The notes: generated from the sequence alone by a model not told the origin. A stretch of 64,000 bases of DNA from an uncultured Gammaproteobacteria bacterium (GCA_964540825.1 CAZINT010000001.1:348565-412564), one strand, 5' to 3'; counted from the first letter of the stretch, positions 17,727 to 26,589 are shown. A program made the numbers and translations.

Positions 17727-19013
17727 ATGCTCAAAAAAATGCTTCATTGGGTAGTACCGCATGTAAAAGATTGGCAGTACGGACAACCAGGCAAAAAATT
17801 AATTGTGATTGGTGTAACTGGAACGAAAGGCAAATCCAGCACCTGCCGTTTTATTGCCTCTGTGCTTGAAGCGGGCGGGTATAAAGTTGGTATGATGACT
17901 ACGGTAGAATTCCAGATTGGCGCTGAGCGATTTCCAAATAAACAAAAAATGAGCATGCTCGGTCGCGGGCAGATTCAGGAAATGCTGGCCAAAATGGTAA
18001 AGGCCGGCTGTCAGTACGCGGTGGTAGAAACATCGTCGCAGGGGATACTCCAGAATCGTCACCTGGGCGTGCATTATGATATTGCCGTGTTTACCAATTT
18101 AGGGCGCGAGCATGTCGAGGCGCATGGCAGTTATGAAAATTTGCGTGCCGACAAGGGAAAACTTTTTAAAATTTTAAAAACCGAGCCGAACAAAATTTTG
18201 AATGGCAAAACAATTCCGAAAATAAATATTGTTAATAGCGATGATGCGGAAGCGAAATTTTTTGCGGCGTTTCCGGCCGACGAACATTGGTCGTATGGAA
18301 CAACAATGTCAGATAATCCGCGCCACGTGTTGGCTGAAAAAATTGTGCCCACGAGTAGAGGGGTAGATTTTGTAGTGCGGGGGCAACCGTATTACTTGGC
18401 AGTTTTGGGTGCTTTTAACGCTGCCAATGCCACGGCCGCAATTACCGTCGGGCTTTCTCAAGGAATTGATCCCGCAAAAATTGCTAAAGGCCTGGCAGCC
18501 GTTACATCGATTGCCGGTCGGATGCAGTTTGTTGATGTGGGGCAACCTTTTAAGGTGTTTGTAGATTACGCTCATGAGCCCATGAGCCTCACCGCCCTTT
18601 TTACGGCCCTTAAAACAGTCATTGGGCCGACGCAGCAGGTAATTGGAGTGGTGGGTTCAGACGGCGGCGGGCGCGATAAGGGTAAGCGAGCTGAAATGGG
18701 CCGCATTGCCGGAAAATTGTGCGACCTGGTAGTAATTACTGATGTTAATTGCTACGACGAAGACCCAACCGAAATTGCCGAGATGCTGGCGGCGGGCGCG
18801 CGCGAGGCGGGTAAAAAAGAGGGCGTTGATTTATTTGTTGTACTTGATCGAAAAGCGGGGATAACCAAAGCCCTGGAGCTGGCAAAACCCGGCGATGCGG
18901 TCGCGATTACGGCCAAGGGAACAGAGCCATACATTGCGGTAGCAAATGGAAAACAAATTCCCTGGGACGATGCCGCTGTAGCCAAAGAAATACTAACTGC
19001 AAAATATCGCTAA
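17727..19013 (+). CDS. Mur ligase family protein (MurE-like UDP-N-acetylmuramoyl-tripeptide ligase, short form)
   Basis: ATP-binding 'GVTGTKGKSS', 'LGREHVEAHGSYENLRADKGKLF', 'DYAHEP' motifs. Confidence 0.6.
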   Translation: MLKKMLHWVVPHVKDWQYGQPGKKLIVIGVTGTKGKSSTCRFIASVLEAGGYKVGMMTTVEFQIGAERFPNKQKMSMLGRGQIQEMLAKMVKAGCQYAVVETSSQGILQNRHLGVHYDIAVFTNLGREHVEAHGSYENLRADKGKLFKILKTEPNKILNGKTIPKINIVNSDDAEAKFFAAFPADEHWSYGTTMSDNPRHVLAEKIVPTSRGVDFVVRGQPYYLAVLGAFNAANATAAITVGLSQGIDPAKIAKGLAAVTSIAGRMQFVDVGQPFKVFVDYAHEPMSLTALFTALKTVIGPTQQVIGVVGSDGGGRDKGKRAEMGRIAGKLCDLVVITDVNCYDEDPTEIAEMLAAGAREAGKKEGVDLFVVLDRKAGITKALELAKPGDAVAITAKGTEPYIAVANGKQIPWDDAAVAKEILTAKYR

Positions 19014-19016
19014 AGT

Positions 19017-19649
19017 ATGCTTGCGCGTAAAATTAATTTAGGCCAAGATGAGCGTATTGATCAGGTGATATACCAGCATTATTTTCGTTTTATCGGAAAG
19101 TATTTTTTTGCTGCCATTCTTTTATTGAGTATTTCTTTTTTTAGTGTTTGGCTTTTACACCATGATTGGTGGGGCGAAGCGCTTTTGATCGGAGGTATTA
19201 CTATCGGCTTCTATACGCTGGTTCGCACCTGGCTTGTGCATACGGGCAACCTGCTCGTTATAACATCAGAGCGCGTTGTTCGCGTACAGCGGCGCGGGTG
19301 GTTTGATGAACTGGTTACCTCGATCGCTTTTGAAGCTGTTAGCAACACAACTATCCGCAGGCAGGGGATTTGGGGTCGCTTTTTTAAATATGGAACACTG
19401 GTGCTCTACAGCGCAGAGGATGGTCTCGCTCTCGAAATGTCGTTTGTGCCCGATCCAGAGCTCGTCGAGCAAAGCTTGTTCGATCAGCAGCGGCAGCTGA
19501 ACAATGCTGCTCAGCGAACTGATCGCGATGGAGTATACGGCCGTTTTTTAATGCTGCTGCCCGATTTTTCATTGAGTCAGCTCACCGCTGCCGCGGAGGC
19601 AATAGAACGCCAGATTAGCGAGCAAGAGCGTATTGGCCCAAAGACATAA
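19017..19649 (+). CDS. membrane protein with bacterial PH-like (DUF304-type) domain
   Basis: Two TM helices followed by soluble domain; weak family resemblance. Confidence 0.35.
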   Translation: MLARKINLGQDERIDQVIYQHYFRFIGKYFFAAILLLSISFFSVWLLHHDWWGEALLIGGITIGFYTLVRTWLVHTGNLLVITSERVVRVQRRGWFDELVTSIAFEAVSNTTIRRQGIWGRFFKYGTLVLYSAEDGLALEMSFVPDPELVEQSLFDQQRQLNNAAQRTDRDGVYGRFLMLLPDFSLSQLTAAAEAIERQISEQERIGPKT

Positions 19650-19728
19650 AAGTGCTATACTATTGTTGCCGCGCCGCTTACCGTGTACGGTATCTTTTCA
19701 TTAAGCAACACGAACATTTTATTGCGTT

Positions 19729-20133
19729 ATGCGCCAGAAGTCTGATAGTACCTGGAAAAGAATTTTTTATTCACGCTGGTTCTTGGCCGCACTTTTTGTG
19801 TTGTGTTTCTTGGTAGTATTTGCCTACGCGCGCGCATATTATGCTGATTATCAGGTGGGGCAACAAATCAAGCGTTTGCAAGAAGAAACTAAAGCACTGC
19901 AAGCAAAAAAAATTGAAACGATTGAACTTTTAAATCATGTAAAATCGCCTGCTTTTGTAGAGGAACAAGCTCGAGAAAATTTAAATTTGGTAAAACCAGG
20001 TGAAAACATGGTTATCATAACTCCTCCCCAAAAAGTTCGTGGACAACCTTCGAAGGATGTGATACAACCAGATGAACCGGTAGTTTCGAACCCAAAACAA
20101 TGGTGGAATTACTTTTTTAAACCAAAATCTTAA
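19729..20133 (+). CDS. septum formation initiator family protein (FtsB/DivIC-like)
   Basis: Single N-terminal TM then coiled coil 'QQIKRLQEETKALQAKKIETIELLNHVKSPAFVEEQARENLNLVKPGE'. Confidence 0.5.
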   Translation: MRQKSDSTWKRIFYSRWFLAALFVLCFLVVFAYARAYYADYQVGQQIKRLQEETKALQAKKIETIELLNHVKSPAFVEEQARENLNLVKPGENMVIITPPQKVRGQPSKDVIQPDEPVVSNPKQWWNYFFKPKS

Positions 20134-20154
20134 TTAATTTATAATCAGTTTATT

Positions 20155-21198
20155 ATGGATTCTTCTGAAATGAAGCAGCAAACCGTTACTGAACCGACGG
20201 TGCGTTTAAAATCAGCCAAAGCCAGTGCTAAACATTTTTGGTATGGTATTGGTATTTTTGCAGCTGCAGTTATTGTTGTTGGACTAGGTATTGGCTTGTA
20301 TGCGGTGTACGGCCGTTTGTCCACCAAACCTGCAGTAGTTACTTTTGCGCGCGTGCTTCGTTTGCCGATTGCCAAAGTGAACGGCCAAACTATTTTGTAT
20401 AGTGAATTTGCAACTGATCGCCAGGCAATGACCCTGGTCAATCAGTATGATAAGGCAAATAATGGACCAACCGCAGGCTTAACGCCTGAACAGCAAACTG
20501 ACCAGGTACTTTGGCGCCTTATGAACAATCGTTTGGTGGCTTCAGCAGCAGCGAAATATGCTATTAAGCTTGATCAAACCCAGGTTAAACAGATTCATGA
20601 CGAAATTCTTAAGAAATTCGCTACACCTGCCGATGCAGACAAAGAACTCGCCACCCGGTATGGTTGGAATATGGACACGTACACCAGCAAGGTAATTACC
20701 CAGTATGTGCTCCAAAATCAAGTGGTAGACGCTATAAGTCAGGACGAAAATTGGCGTGCTGTAGTTAAAGATCATGCTCAAAGTGTTTTGGCAAAACTTA
20801 AAGCCGGCGGTGATTTTGCTACCCTTGCGCAGCAGTATAGTGAAGACACTGACACGGGGAGTAAGGGTGGCCAGCTAGACTGGTTCTCAGTCGGTCAAGG
20901 CAAAATGGTTCCTCAGTTTGAACAAGCTGCTCAGAACCTTAAAAAGGGCGAATATACGCAAGAGCTCGTTGAATCACCCTATGGTTTTGATATTATTAAA
21001 TTAGAAGACACACGCACAGTCAAAGAAAAAGATGCTGTAACCGGTAAAGATAGTAACGCTACACAGATCAAGACTGCGCATATTGTTTTTGCCTATGCCA
21101 ACTTGTCGACATATCTTGATTATTTGGCAAGTAAAGCCGATGTACATGTGTATGGAAAAGCAAATAATCCCTTTGCAGTACGCCCGGTAGCTCAATAA
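20155..21198 (+). CDS. parvulin-type peptidyl-prolyl cis-trans isomerase (SurA/PrsA-like) with N-terminal TM anchor
   Basis: PpiC domain 'KGGQLDWFSVGQGKMVPQFEQAAQNLKKGEYTQELVESPYGFDIIKLED'. Confidence 0.65.
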   Translation: MDSSEMKQQTVTEPTVRLKSAKASAKHFWYGIGIFAAAVIVVGLGIGLYAVYGRLSTKPAVVTFARVLRLPIAKVNGQTILYSEFATDRQAMTLVNQYDKANNGPTAGLTPEQQTDQVLWRLMNNRLVASAAAKYAIKLDQTQVKQIHDEILKKFATPADADKELATRYGWNMDTYTSKVITQYVLQNQVVDAISQDENWRAVVKDHAQSVLAKLKAGGDFATLAQQYSEDTDTGSKGGQLDWFSVGQGKMVPQFEQAAQNLKKGEYTQELVESPYGFDIIKLEDTRTVKEKDAVTGKDSNATQIKTAHIVFAYANLSTYLDYLASKADVHVYGKANNPFAVRPVAQ

Positions 21199-21213
21199 AA
21201 ATTTTGACTAAGG

Positions 21214-21240
21214 GAGCGAGGGGATTTCCTTCGCTCTTTG
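21214..21240 (+). terminator. Rho-independent terminator after PPIase gene
   Basis: GAGCGA..TCGCTC imperfect stem followed by TTTGTTTT. Confidence 0.45.
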
Positions 21241-21244
21241 TTTT

Positions 21245-21394
21245 GCGGGTATATTTCGAAATATACCCGCGGCGTTCGCAGTAAATGCTCAAGCTGCGGC
21301 TTGGCATTTCCTACTCACTTGCGGGTATGCTCTGGCATACCCACTCATTCAATGAAAATGACAAAATAAATTTTGTCGCTTTACATTTCATTTC
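21245..21394 (+). repeat. two ~75-bp units each beginning 'GCGGGTAT' and containing an acceptor-stem-like hairpin, in register with tRNA-Gly that also starts GCGGGTAT
   Basis: GCGGGTAT at 21245, 21321, 21395; perfect palindrome GCGGGTATATTTCGAAATATACCCGC (21245-21270); hairpin GGGTATGC-TCTG-GCATACCC (21323-21342). Confidence 0.5.
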
Positions 21395-21468
21395 GCGGGT
21401 ATAGTATAGTGGTAATATGCGACCTTCCCAAGGTCGAGCGACGGGTCCGATTCCCGTTACCCGCTCCA
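21395..21468 (+). tRNA. tRNA-Gly (anticodon CCC), CCA encoded; atypical T-loop (TCCGATT)
   Basis: Manual fold: acceptor GCGGGTA/TACCCGC, D-arm GTAT/ATAT, anticodon stem CGACC/GGTCG loop TTCCCAA, T-stem ACGGG/CCCGT. Confidence 0.7.
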
Positions 21469-21522
21469 TATACACAAGTCAACTTGGGTTTAAGCTGGCG
21501 CGTGAAAATTAATGTAGCTTGT

Positions 21523-22389
21523 ATGCCTGATAAATTTACCGCCACCTGGATTTCTCATACTTCTTCAAGTGATTTTTTGCGCTGCCCGAGGGCGTATTAT
21601 TTAAAGCATGTCTATCGTGACCCAAAAACGAATCATAAAATAAAAGTAATGGCCCCGGCCCTTGCGCTTGGCCAGGCAGTGCACGAAGTTTTGGAAAGTT
21701 TATCGGTTTTACCTAAAAATACTCGCTTTTCAGAGTCACTCATTGCCAAGCTGGATACGGCGTGGGAAAAAGTAAAAGGGAAAAAAGGCGGTTTTATCGA
21801 TGCAGACGTTGAGTACAAATACAAAATGCGCGCGCAAGAAATGCTGAGGCGGGTGATGCAAAATCCCGGGCCCTTAGCTGGCCTTGCTGTAAAAATCCAA
21901 ATGGATCTGCCCTATATATGGTTATCTGAAGAAGATAATATTATTTTGTGTGGTAAGGTCGACTGGCTTGAATATTTGGTCGAGACAGACACAGTACATA
22001 TTATTGATTTTAAAACAGGTAAATCTGAAGAAGATCCGGATTCGCTGCAGCTGCCGATGTATTTACTTCTCGTTAATGAATGCCAGAAGCGGCCTGCTTC
22101 TAAAGCCAGTTATTGGTATTTGGATAGCGGTTCCGCATTGACGCCAAAAGAATTGCCCGACATTGAAAGTGCGCGCAAGAAGGTGCTCGACGTGGCTCGT
22201 CAAATGAAAGTGGCCCGTCAGATCGAGCGTTTTAAATGCCCTGAGGGGGAGGGTGGATGCTTCGCCTGTAAACCAATGGAAATGATCGTGCGCCATGAAG
22301 CAGAATTTGTTGGCAGCGATGAATACAATTGTGATGTCTACGTTTTAGACAAGGCCGAAGAAGAAAATCGCGAAGGAATTATTTTGTAG
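21523..22389 (+). CDS. PD-(D/E)XK nuclease, Cas4/RecB-nuclease-domain-like, with 4-Cys Fe-S cluster signature
   Basis: N-terminal Cys 'LRCPRAYY', 'GKVDWL', 'IIDFKTGK', 'QLPMYLL', C-terminal 'CPEGEGGCFACKP'; start moved to ATG 21523 to clear tRNA-Gly. Confidence 0.6.
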   Translation: MPDKFTATWISHTSSSDFLRCPRAYYLKHVYRDPKTNHKIKVMAPALALGQAVHEVLESLSVLPKNTRFSESLIAKLDTAWEKVKGKKGGFIDADVEYKYKMRAQEMLRRVMQNPGPLAGLAVKIQMDLPYIWLSEEDNIILCGKVDWLEYLVETDTVHIIDFKTGKSEEDPDSLQLPMYLLLVNECQKRPASKASYWYLDSGSALTPKELPDIESARKKVLDVARQMKVARQIERFKCPEGEGGCFACKPMEMIVRHEAEFVGSDEYNCDVYVLDKAEEENREGIIL

Positions 22390-22415
22390 GAAATTTTAAT
22401 AGTGGTGTGCATATA

Positions 22416-22452
22416 AAAAACAACGCCTTGTCAGCGCTGTTTTTAATTTTTT
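22416..22452 (+). terminator. Rho-independent terminator after Cas4-like gene
   Basis: 11-bp stem (one mismatch) AAAAACAACGC..GCGCTGTTTTT followed by T-rich tract. Confidence 0.45.
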
Positions 22453-22454
22453 AA

Positions 22455-22513
22455 CATCCGGGCTCACATTGGGTAACAAATTTTGTTGCGCAATGTGAGC
22501 GGCCCGGATGTGT
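22455..22513 (-). terminator. long imperfect inverted repeat downstream of islet-2 lipoprotein gene
   Basis: CATCCGGGCTCACATTG ... CAATGTGAGC(GG)CCCGGATG arms, internal spacer itself palindromic. Confidence 0.4.
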
Positions 22514-22569
22514 GGTGATTCGAGCTGCACCGGCTGCATGGTGCGTCCGGCCGCTCGAGGGAGGTCAGG

Positions 22570-23325
22570 CTAGTTGATCTTGAGCACGCGCCCCTTGAGG
22601 AGGCAGGTGGTGCTATCTCCGCACTCCTTGGTGTTCACTCCGTCGAAGGAGTACTGGAAGAACAGGACCTGCTGGAACTCCTGCCCGGAGACGAACGCGC
22701 CCGTGTCCACCGTCTGGGTCATCTGCACCGACGTGTTCGCCGGCACCTTGAACGCGAGGTTCTTCGGCTGCGCGTCCGACGGGTAGAGCACGTAGAACAT
22801 GTCGTGGCACTGCGTGCTGTTCGTGGCGTGGAGCGGGGCGGGGGACCAGTTCATGACCCGGTGTGCGTCGTCGACGCCGCCGACGTAGAGGTCGGCGTTG
22901 GCCATGAGGCGGGTCGCGCTCGTGTAGAGGTGCGAGTACGGATGCACCCAGACGTCGGTGGCCTCGGCGGTGAAGTTCGCCACCAGGACCTGCTGCCCGG
23001 GCATCTGCACCACGGACCCGCCCGGACTTTTCACGAGGTCGAGGGACGCCGAGACGACCCCCGGCACGCCCGTCGAGGCGCTCGACTCGGGGTCCTTGAA
23101 CGAGTCGTTGTCCATGCAGAAGCGGACCATCATCGGACCGGGCGGGGGGATGTCCTGGCAGACGTAGACCCCTTGGCCGTCCTTGACCGTGTACTGGTCC
23201 GACCGGCAGTCCGGCAGTTGAAGGGCGTCCTTGGCGCCCGTACCGCCGCACCCACCGGAGAGGACCGAGCTGGCGAGAAGACCGAGGCCGAGAAAAGAAA
23301 TGCTGGAAACCGCGCTGCGCCGCAT
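22570..23325 (-). CDS. secreted lipoprotein, function unknown, in GC-rich islet 2
   Basis: Signal peptide plus lipobox 'VLSGGCGG'; strong SD AAGGAGG 7 nt upstream of ATG; Cys-containing extracytoplasmic domain. Confidence 0.5.
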   Translation of the reverse strand: MRRSAVSSISFLGLGLLASSVLSGGCGGTGAKDALQLPDCRSDQYTVKDGQGVYVCQDIPPPGPMMVRFCMDNDSFKDPESSASTGVPGVVSASLDLVKSPGGSVVQMPGQQVLVANFTAEATDVWVHPYSHLYTSATRLMANADLYVGGVDDAHRVMNWSPAPLHATNSTQCHDMFYVLYPSDAQPKNLAFKVPANTSVQMTQTVDTGAFVSGQEFQQVLFFQYSFDGVNTKECGDSTTCLLKGRVLKIN

Positions 23326-23365
23326 GCACTACCTCCTTGGTAGCCGAGCAGGGCACCTTGCCCCG

Positions 23366-23409
23366 CAGACGGTACTAAGAGAAATACGTATTTCTCTTAG
23401 TACCGTCTG
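23366..23409. repeat. 44-nt near-perfect palindrome (21-bp arms) in 5' region of islet-2 gene
   Basis: CAGACGGTACTAAGAGAAATA-CG-TATTTCTCTTAGTACCGTCTG. Confidence 0.55.
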
Positions 23410-23604
23410 ACTACCGTATGTGCATGATTGCGGCATGCAACCAAAACAGGCTAGCATATTTTTATATATTTGTCAAGGATAGTATTTATTATTTCGGCTA
23501 GAATAAGGTAAAAATTTACTCTTTTTTTCATGAGTGCACATTTGCTTTATGTAGTCGCTAGAGTATACTAGGTACAAAATTTAGTTGTGCATGTAGTTTT
23601 TTGT

Positions 23605-24948
23605 ATGACCAGAAAAAAGAAAATAACCATTGATTTTAACACCGAATTTGGCCGGGCATTCGAATTGATGGAGAAAACCCGCCAGAATGTTTTTATTACC
23701 GGGCGTGCTGGCACTGGCAAATCGACGCTCCTCAGTCATTTTCGCGATACAACCAAAAAGAATGTCGTAGTTCTGGCGCCAACAGGTGTGGCGGCCGTGA
23801 ACATCGCGGGTCAGACAATTCATTCTTTTTTTCATTTTAAACCTGATGTAACGATACAAAAAGTGCGGCGCACTAAAGTGTCCGAAGGAGAGGCGGTTAC
23901 CTATCAACGGCTCGAGACAGTCATAATTGACGAAATTTCCATGGTTCGCGCCGATCTTTTGGATTGCATCGATGTATTTTTACGCCTGCACGGCCCTAAT
24001 TCGAGCAAACCTTTTGGTGGTGTACAGATGATTTTTATCGGTGACTTGTTTCAGTTGCCGCCCGTGACAACAGCTGACGATACCAAGATTTTTGCCGGGC
24101 ACTATGCAAGCCCTTACTTTTTTTCGGCGCACGTATTTTTGCCGGGCCAACAAGAATTATTTGGCGAGCAATCAGGTTTTACAATGGAACGCATTGAACT
24201 TACGAAAATGTATCGTCAAAAAGATGCAGAGTTTATCGGCCTTTTGAATAGCATACGGAGTACAACTGCGGGGAAGGCTGAATTTGATGCTTTGAATGCG
24301 CGGCTTAACCCGGCGTTTGAACCTGCGCCGGAGGAAATGTATATGTACCTTACGACTACTAACGCTATGGCTGATGAAGTAAATGCGCGCAAGCTTAGTC
24401 AGCTCGAAACAGACAATTATTTTTTTAAAGGTCAGATGAGCGGAAAATTTGATGAAAAGTATTTACCAACTGCACCGGATTTAAACATTAAGATTGGCGC
24501 TCAGATAATGATGCTCAATAATGATCTTGGTGGACGCTGGATTAACGGTACTGTGGGCCGCATTGAAGGCGTAACTGATGGGGGAGACGGTGAGCCTCGA
24601 GCGATTGAGGTGCTGCTTGAAAATGGCAGCGTCGAGCTCGTTACCCCGCATCGCTGGGATATTTATAATTTCAGCTACAATGCTGACTCCAAGCGTATCG
24701 AGTCTGAATCGGTCGGTACCTTTACCCAATACCCGTTAAAATTGGCCTGGGCCGTAACGATTCATAAAAGCCAAGGGAAAACGTTTGAACGGCTCATTAT
24801 TGATATTGGACGCGGCACGTTTTCAGCCGGGCAATTGTATGTCGCACTTAGCCGGGCCACAACGCTTGAGGGGCTGGTTCTGAAACGCCCGCTCCAAAAG
24901 CACCATATCTGGCTCGACCCCAAAGTGGTGGCATTTATGAATGAATAA
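23605..24948 (+). CDS. SF1B DNA helicase, Pif1/RecD2 family
   Basis: Walker A 'GRAGTGKST', 'VVVLAPTGVAAVNI', 'IIDEISMV', hallmark 'IGDLFQLPPV', 'TIHKSQGKTFE', 'ALSRATTLEGLVL'; GTG 23587 or ATG 23605 start. Confidence 0.7.
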   Translation: MTRKKKITIDFNTEFGRAFELMEKTRQNVFITGRAGTGKSTLLSHFRDTTKKNVVVLAPTGVAAVNIAGQTIHSFFHFKPDVTIQKVRRTKVSEGEAVTYQRLETVIIDEISMVRADLLDCIDVFLRLHGPNSSKPFGGVQMIFIGDLFQLPPVTTADDTKIFAGHYASPYFFSAHVFLPGQQELFGEQSGFTMERIELTKMYRQKDAEFIGLLNSIRSTTAGKAEFDALNARLNPAFEPAPEEMYMYLTTTNAMADEVNARKLSQLETDNYFFKGQMSGKFDEKYLPTAPDLNIKIGAQIMMLNNDLGGRWINGTVGRIEGVTDGGDGEPRAIEVLLENGSVELVTPHRWDIYNFSYNADSKRIESESVGTFTQYPLKLAWAVTIHKSQGKTFERLIIDIGRGTFSAGQLYVALSRATTLEGLVLKRPLQKHHIWLDPKVVAFMNE

Positions 24949-24982
24949 ATGCTTTATAACTTACATAAATAATAATCTGTGT

Positions 24983-25480
24983 ATGAAGAACTATAAAATT
25001 AGTGTAGGGCTCATAGTTTTGGTGGGGGTCCTTATGGCTTTAGGCGCTTGGTACTTTGTGGGTCTGGTGCCTCCGCAAAGAATTGACGTATGTACGGCTG
25101 AAGCAAAACTTTGTCCCGACGGATCGGCAGTGGGGCGGACGGGTCCGCACTGTTCTTTTGCCGCTTGTCCCAATGAAACTGTGACATCAACAATTGGTCT
25201 AAGCCTCTTGGATAGTGGCACGCTCAGCGGCGTCACACTGCGGCCGCTTGCAATCCTCGAAGACAGCCGCTGCCCGCGTGGAGTTGTGTGTATCTGGGCA
25301 GGGCGGGTGGTTGTTCAAACTGAAGTTACGATTGGAAAGGTTGTGTCAAAGCTTGATCTAACTTTAGGTCAATCGGTGTCTTATGAGGGTGCGGTGATTG
25401 AACTCGTCGAGGTAACACCTGAAAAAATTCCGGATAGTGCAGCAGATACCTATCATTTTAAATTTACTGTAAAGCGTTAA
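24983..25480 (+). CDS. hypothetical secreted or membrane-anchored protein
   Basis: N-terminal hydrophobic segment, Cys pairs; start ambiguous (24941 or 24983). Confidence 0.3.
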   Translation: MKNYKISVGLIVLVGVLMALGAWYFVGLVPPQRIDVCTAEAKLCPDGSAVGRTGPHCSFAACPNETVTSTIGLSLLDSGTLSGVTLRPLAILEDSRCPRGVVCIWAGRVVVQTEVTIGKVVSKLDLTLGQSVSYEGAVIELVEVTPEKIPDSAADTYHFKFTVKR

Positions 25481-25543
25481 ACTGTCAGTCAGTACGCAAG
25501 TATGGTATACTGCACGTAGAAATTTTATTTTAATACATTTTGT

Positions 25544-26059
25544 ATGTGTCACGACACAAACATGTCTATGGAAAAATCGGGTAGCTGTATGGGTTACTGC
25601 TGCCGCAAAAATACAATCTGGAATGTGGTGCTCAAACTTTTTCTAGGAGTCGCGCTTTTTATGCTTGTTTTTTGTATCGGAGCAGCGTCGGTGGTCCGAA
25701 TGACTCGTGGTCGCGTCAGTCGCACGGAAGCCGGTGGTTACATGATGGGTGCGGGGCAGGGGATGATGCAAGGAAATGTTGGTATGGGCTGGAGTGATGA
25801 CCGTGGCATGATGCGCTCGGGACAAGCAGTTGAATGGAAGCGATTATTTGGTTCAATTACCAAAATTGAAGCAAATAAAATAAGTATCCTCGATAATGCT
25901 GCTACCGAAGAAACAGTTCAGAGTCAGCAGGACACAATTATTATTGTGGCTGGTAACGAAGCAGGTTTGGCTGCACTTAAACCTGGGCAGAACGTGGTAA
26001 TTGTTTACCAAGTTGGTCAGGATAAAACCCTGCAAGCTAAAACAATTAGTGTTCAATAA
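25544..26059 (+). CDS. hypothetical membrane-anchored protein with Gly/Met-rich segment
   Basis: TM helix then 'MMGAGQGMMQGNVGMGWSDDRGMM' low-complexity stretch, then globular C-terminus. Confidence 0.35.
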   Translation: MCHDTNMSMEKSGSCMGYCCRKNTIWNVVLKLFLGVALFMLVFCIGAASVVRMTRGRVSRTEAGGYMMGAGQGMMQGNVGMGWSDDRGMMRSGQAVEWKRLFGSITKIEANKISILDNAATEETVQSQQDTIIIVAGNEAGLAALKPGQNVVIVYQVGQDKTLQAKTISVQ

Positions 26060-26074
26060 GATACTATACTTTTT

Positions 26075-26106
26075 AAAAATACTCTGATAGTTATCAGAGT
26101 ATTTTT
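26075..26106. terminator. bidirectional terminator, perfect palindrome between convergent genes
   Basis: AAAAATACTCTGATA-GT-TATCAGAGTATTTTT. Confidence 0.5.
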
Positions 26107-26445
26107 TTAACCATAGATTTGATTTGTTGGCACTGCAGCCGGTTTAGCGAGCACACTTTCGATGCGGGCCATTTCTGCTTCCACAACCGGGCCATCGTAA
26201 TCACCGGAATGAGCAGTAACGCCGCTATAGACCGGAGCCTTTTGATCGAGATGCAGGTTGAAAAGCCATTCGTCACGGTTTTCTTCCAAGTACAAGTGAA
26301 AACGGGGAAAGAGTTCGCCGTGAAACCGTTTGGCGAAACTTTTAATGTTGCCATTACGATCGCGTAAAAGGGCGTAGCCAGCCCGGCGAATGAAGAGTTC
26401 GGGGTCGGGGAGGGTAGTTTTAAGGATTCTCAGTTGCATAGGCAT
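26107..26445 (-). CDS. hypothetical protein
   Basis: 112-aa ORF convergent with upstream gene; no motif recognised. Confidence 0.4.
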   Translation of the reverse strand: MPMQLRILKTTLPDPELFIRRAGYALLRDRNGNIKSFAKRFHGELFPRFHLYLEENRDEWLFNLHLDQKAPVYSGVTAHSGDYDGPVVEAEMARIESVLAKPAAVPTNQIYG

Positions 26446-26483
26446 TTATAGTAGCATTTTTAGCCAAAATTGCAAGGAAAGGG

Positions 26484-26512
26484 TTGACAAAAGACTTAAA
26501 ATGTGCTATAAC
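26484..26512 (+). promoter_or_regulatory. sigma-70 consensus promoter (TTGACA-17-TATAAC) for islet-3 gene
   Basis: TTGACA 26484-26489, TATAAC 26507-26512; SD GAGGGGG then ATG 26590. Confidence 0.45.
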
Positions 26513-26589
26513 GCGTTATTCGTTTCAGCCAATTATGCTGAGCGAAGGCACATTTTACCGCGGTCACTCAGTCCACAGAGAGGGGGTTA

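Larger units (their letters stand above)
22455..23415. other. GC-rich islet 2 (single lipoprotein gene bounded by large hairpins)
   Basis: Sharp G+C rise; spurious Arg-rich ORFs in other frames; bounded by 22455-22513 IR and 23366-23409 palindrome. Confidence 0.6.

Noticed and set aside
21373-21522. 5' extension of the Cas4-like ORF across tRNA-Gly
   Set aside because: It overlaps a well-folded tRNA on the same strand. The internal ATG 21523 removes the conflict.
22613-23356. 247-aa minus ORF and 179-aa plus ORF (22804-23343) overlapping the islet-2 lipoprotein gene
   Set aside because: Arg/Gly/Pro-rich translations characteristic of wrong frames in GC-rich sequence. The lipoprotein frame has a signal peptide, lipobox and strong SD.
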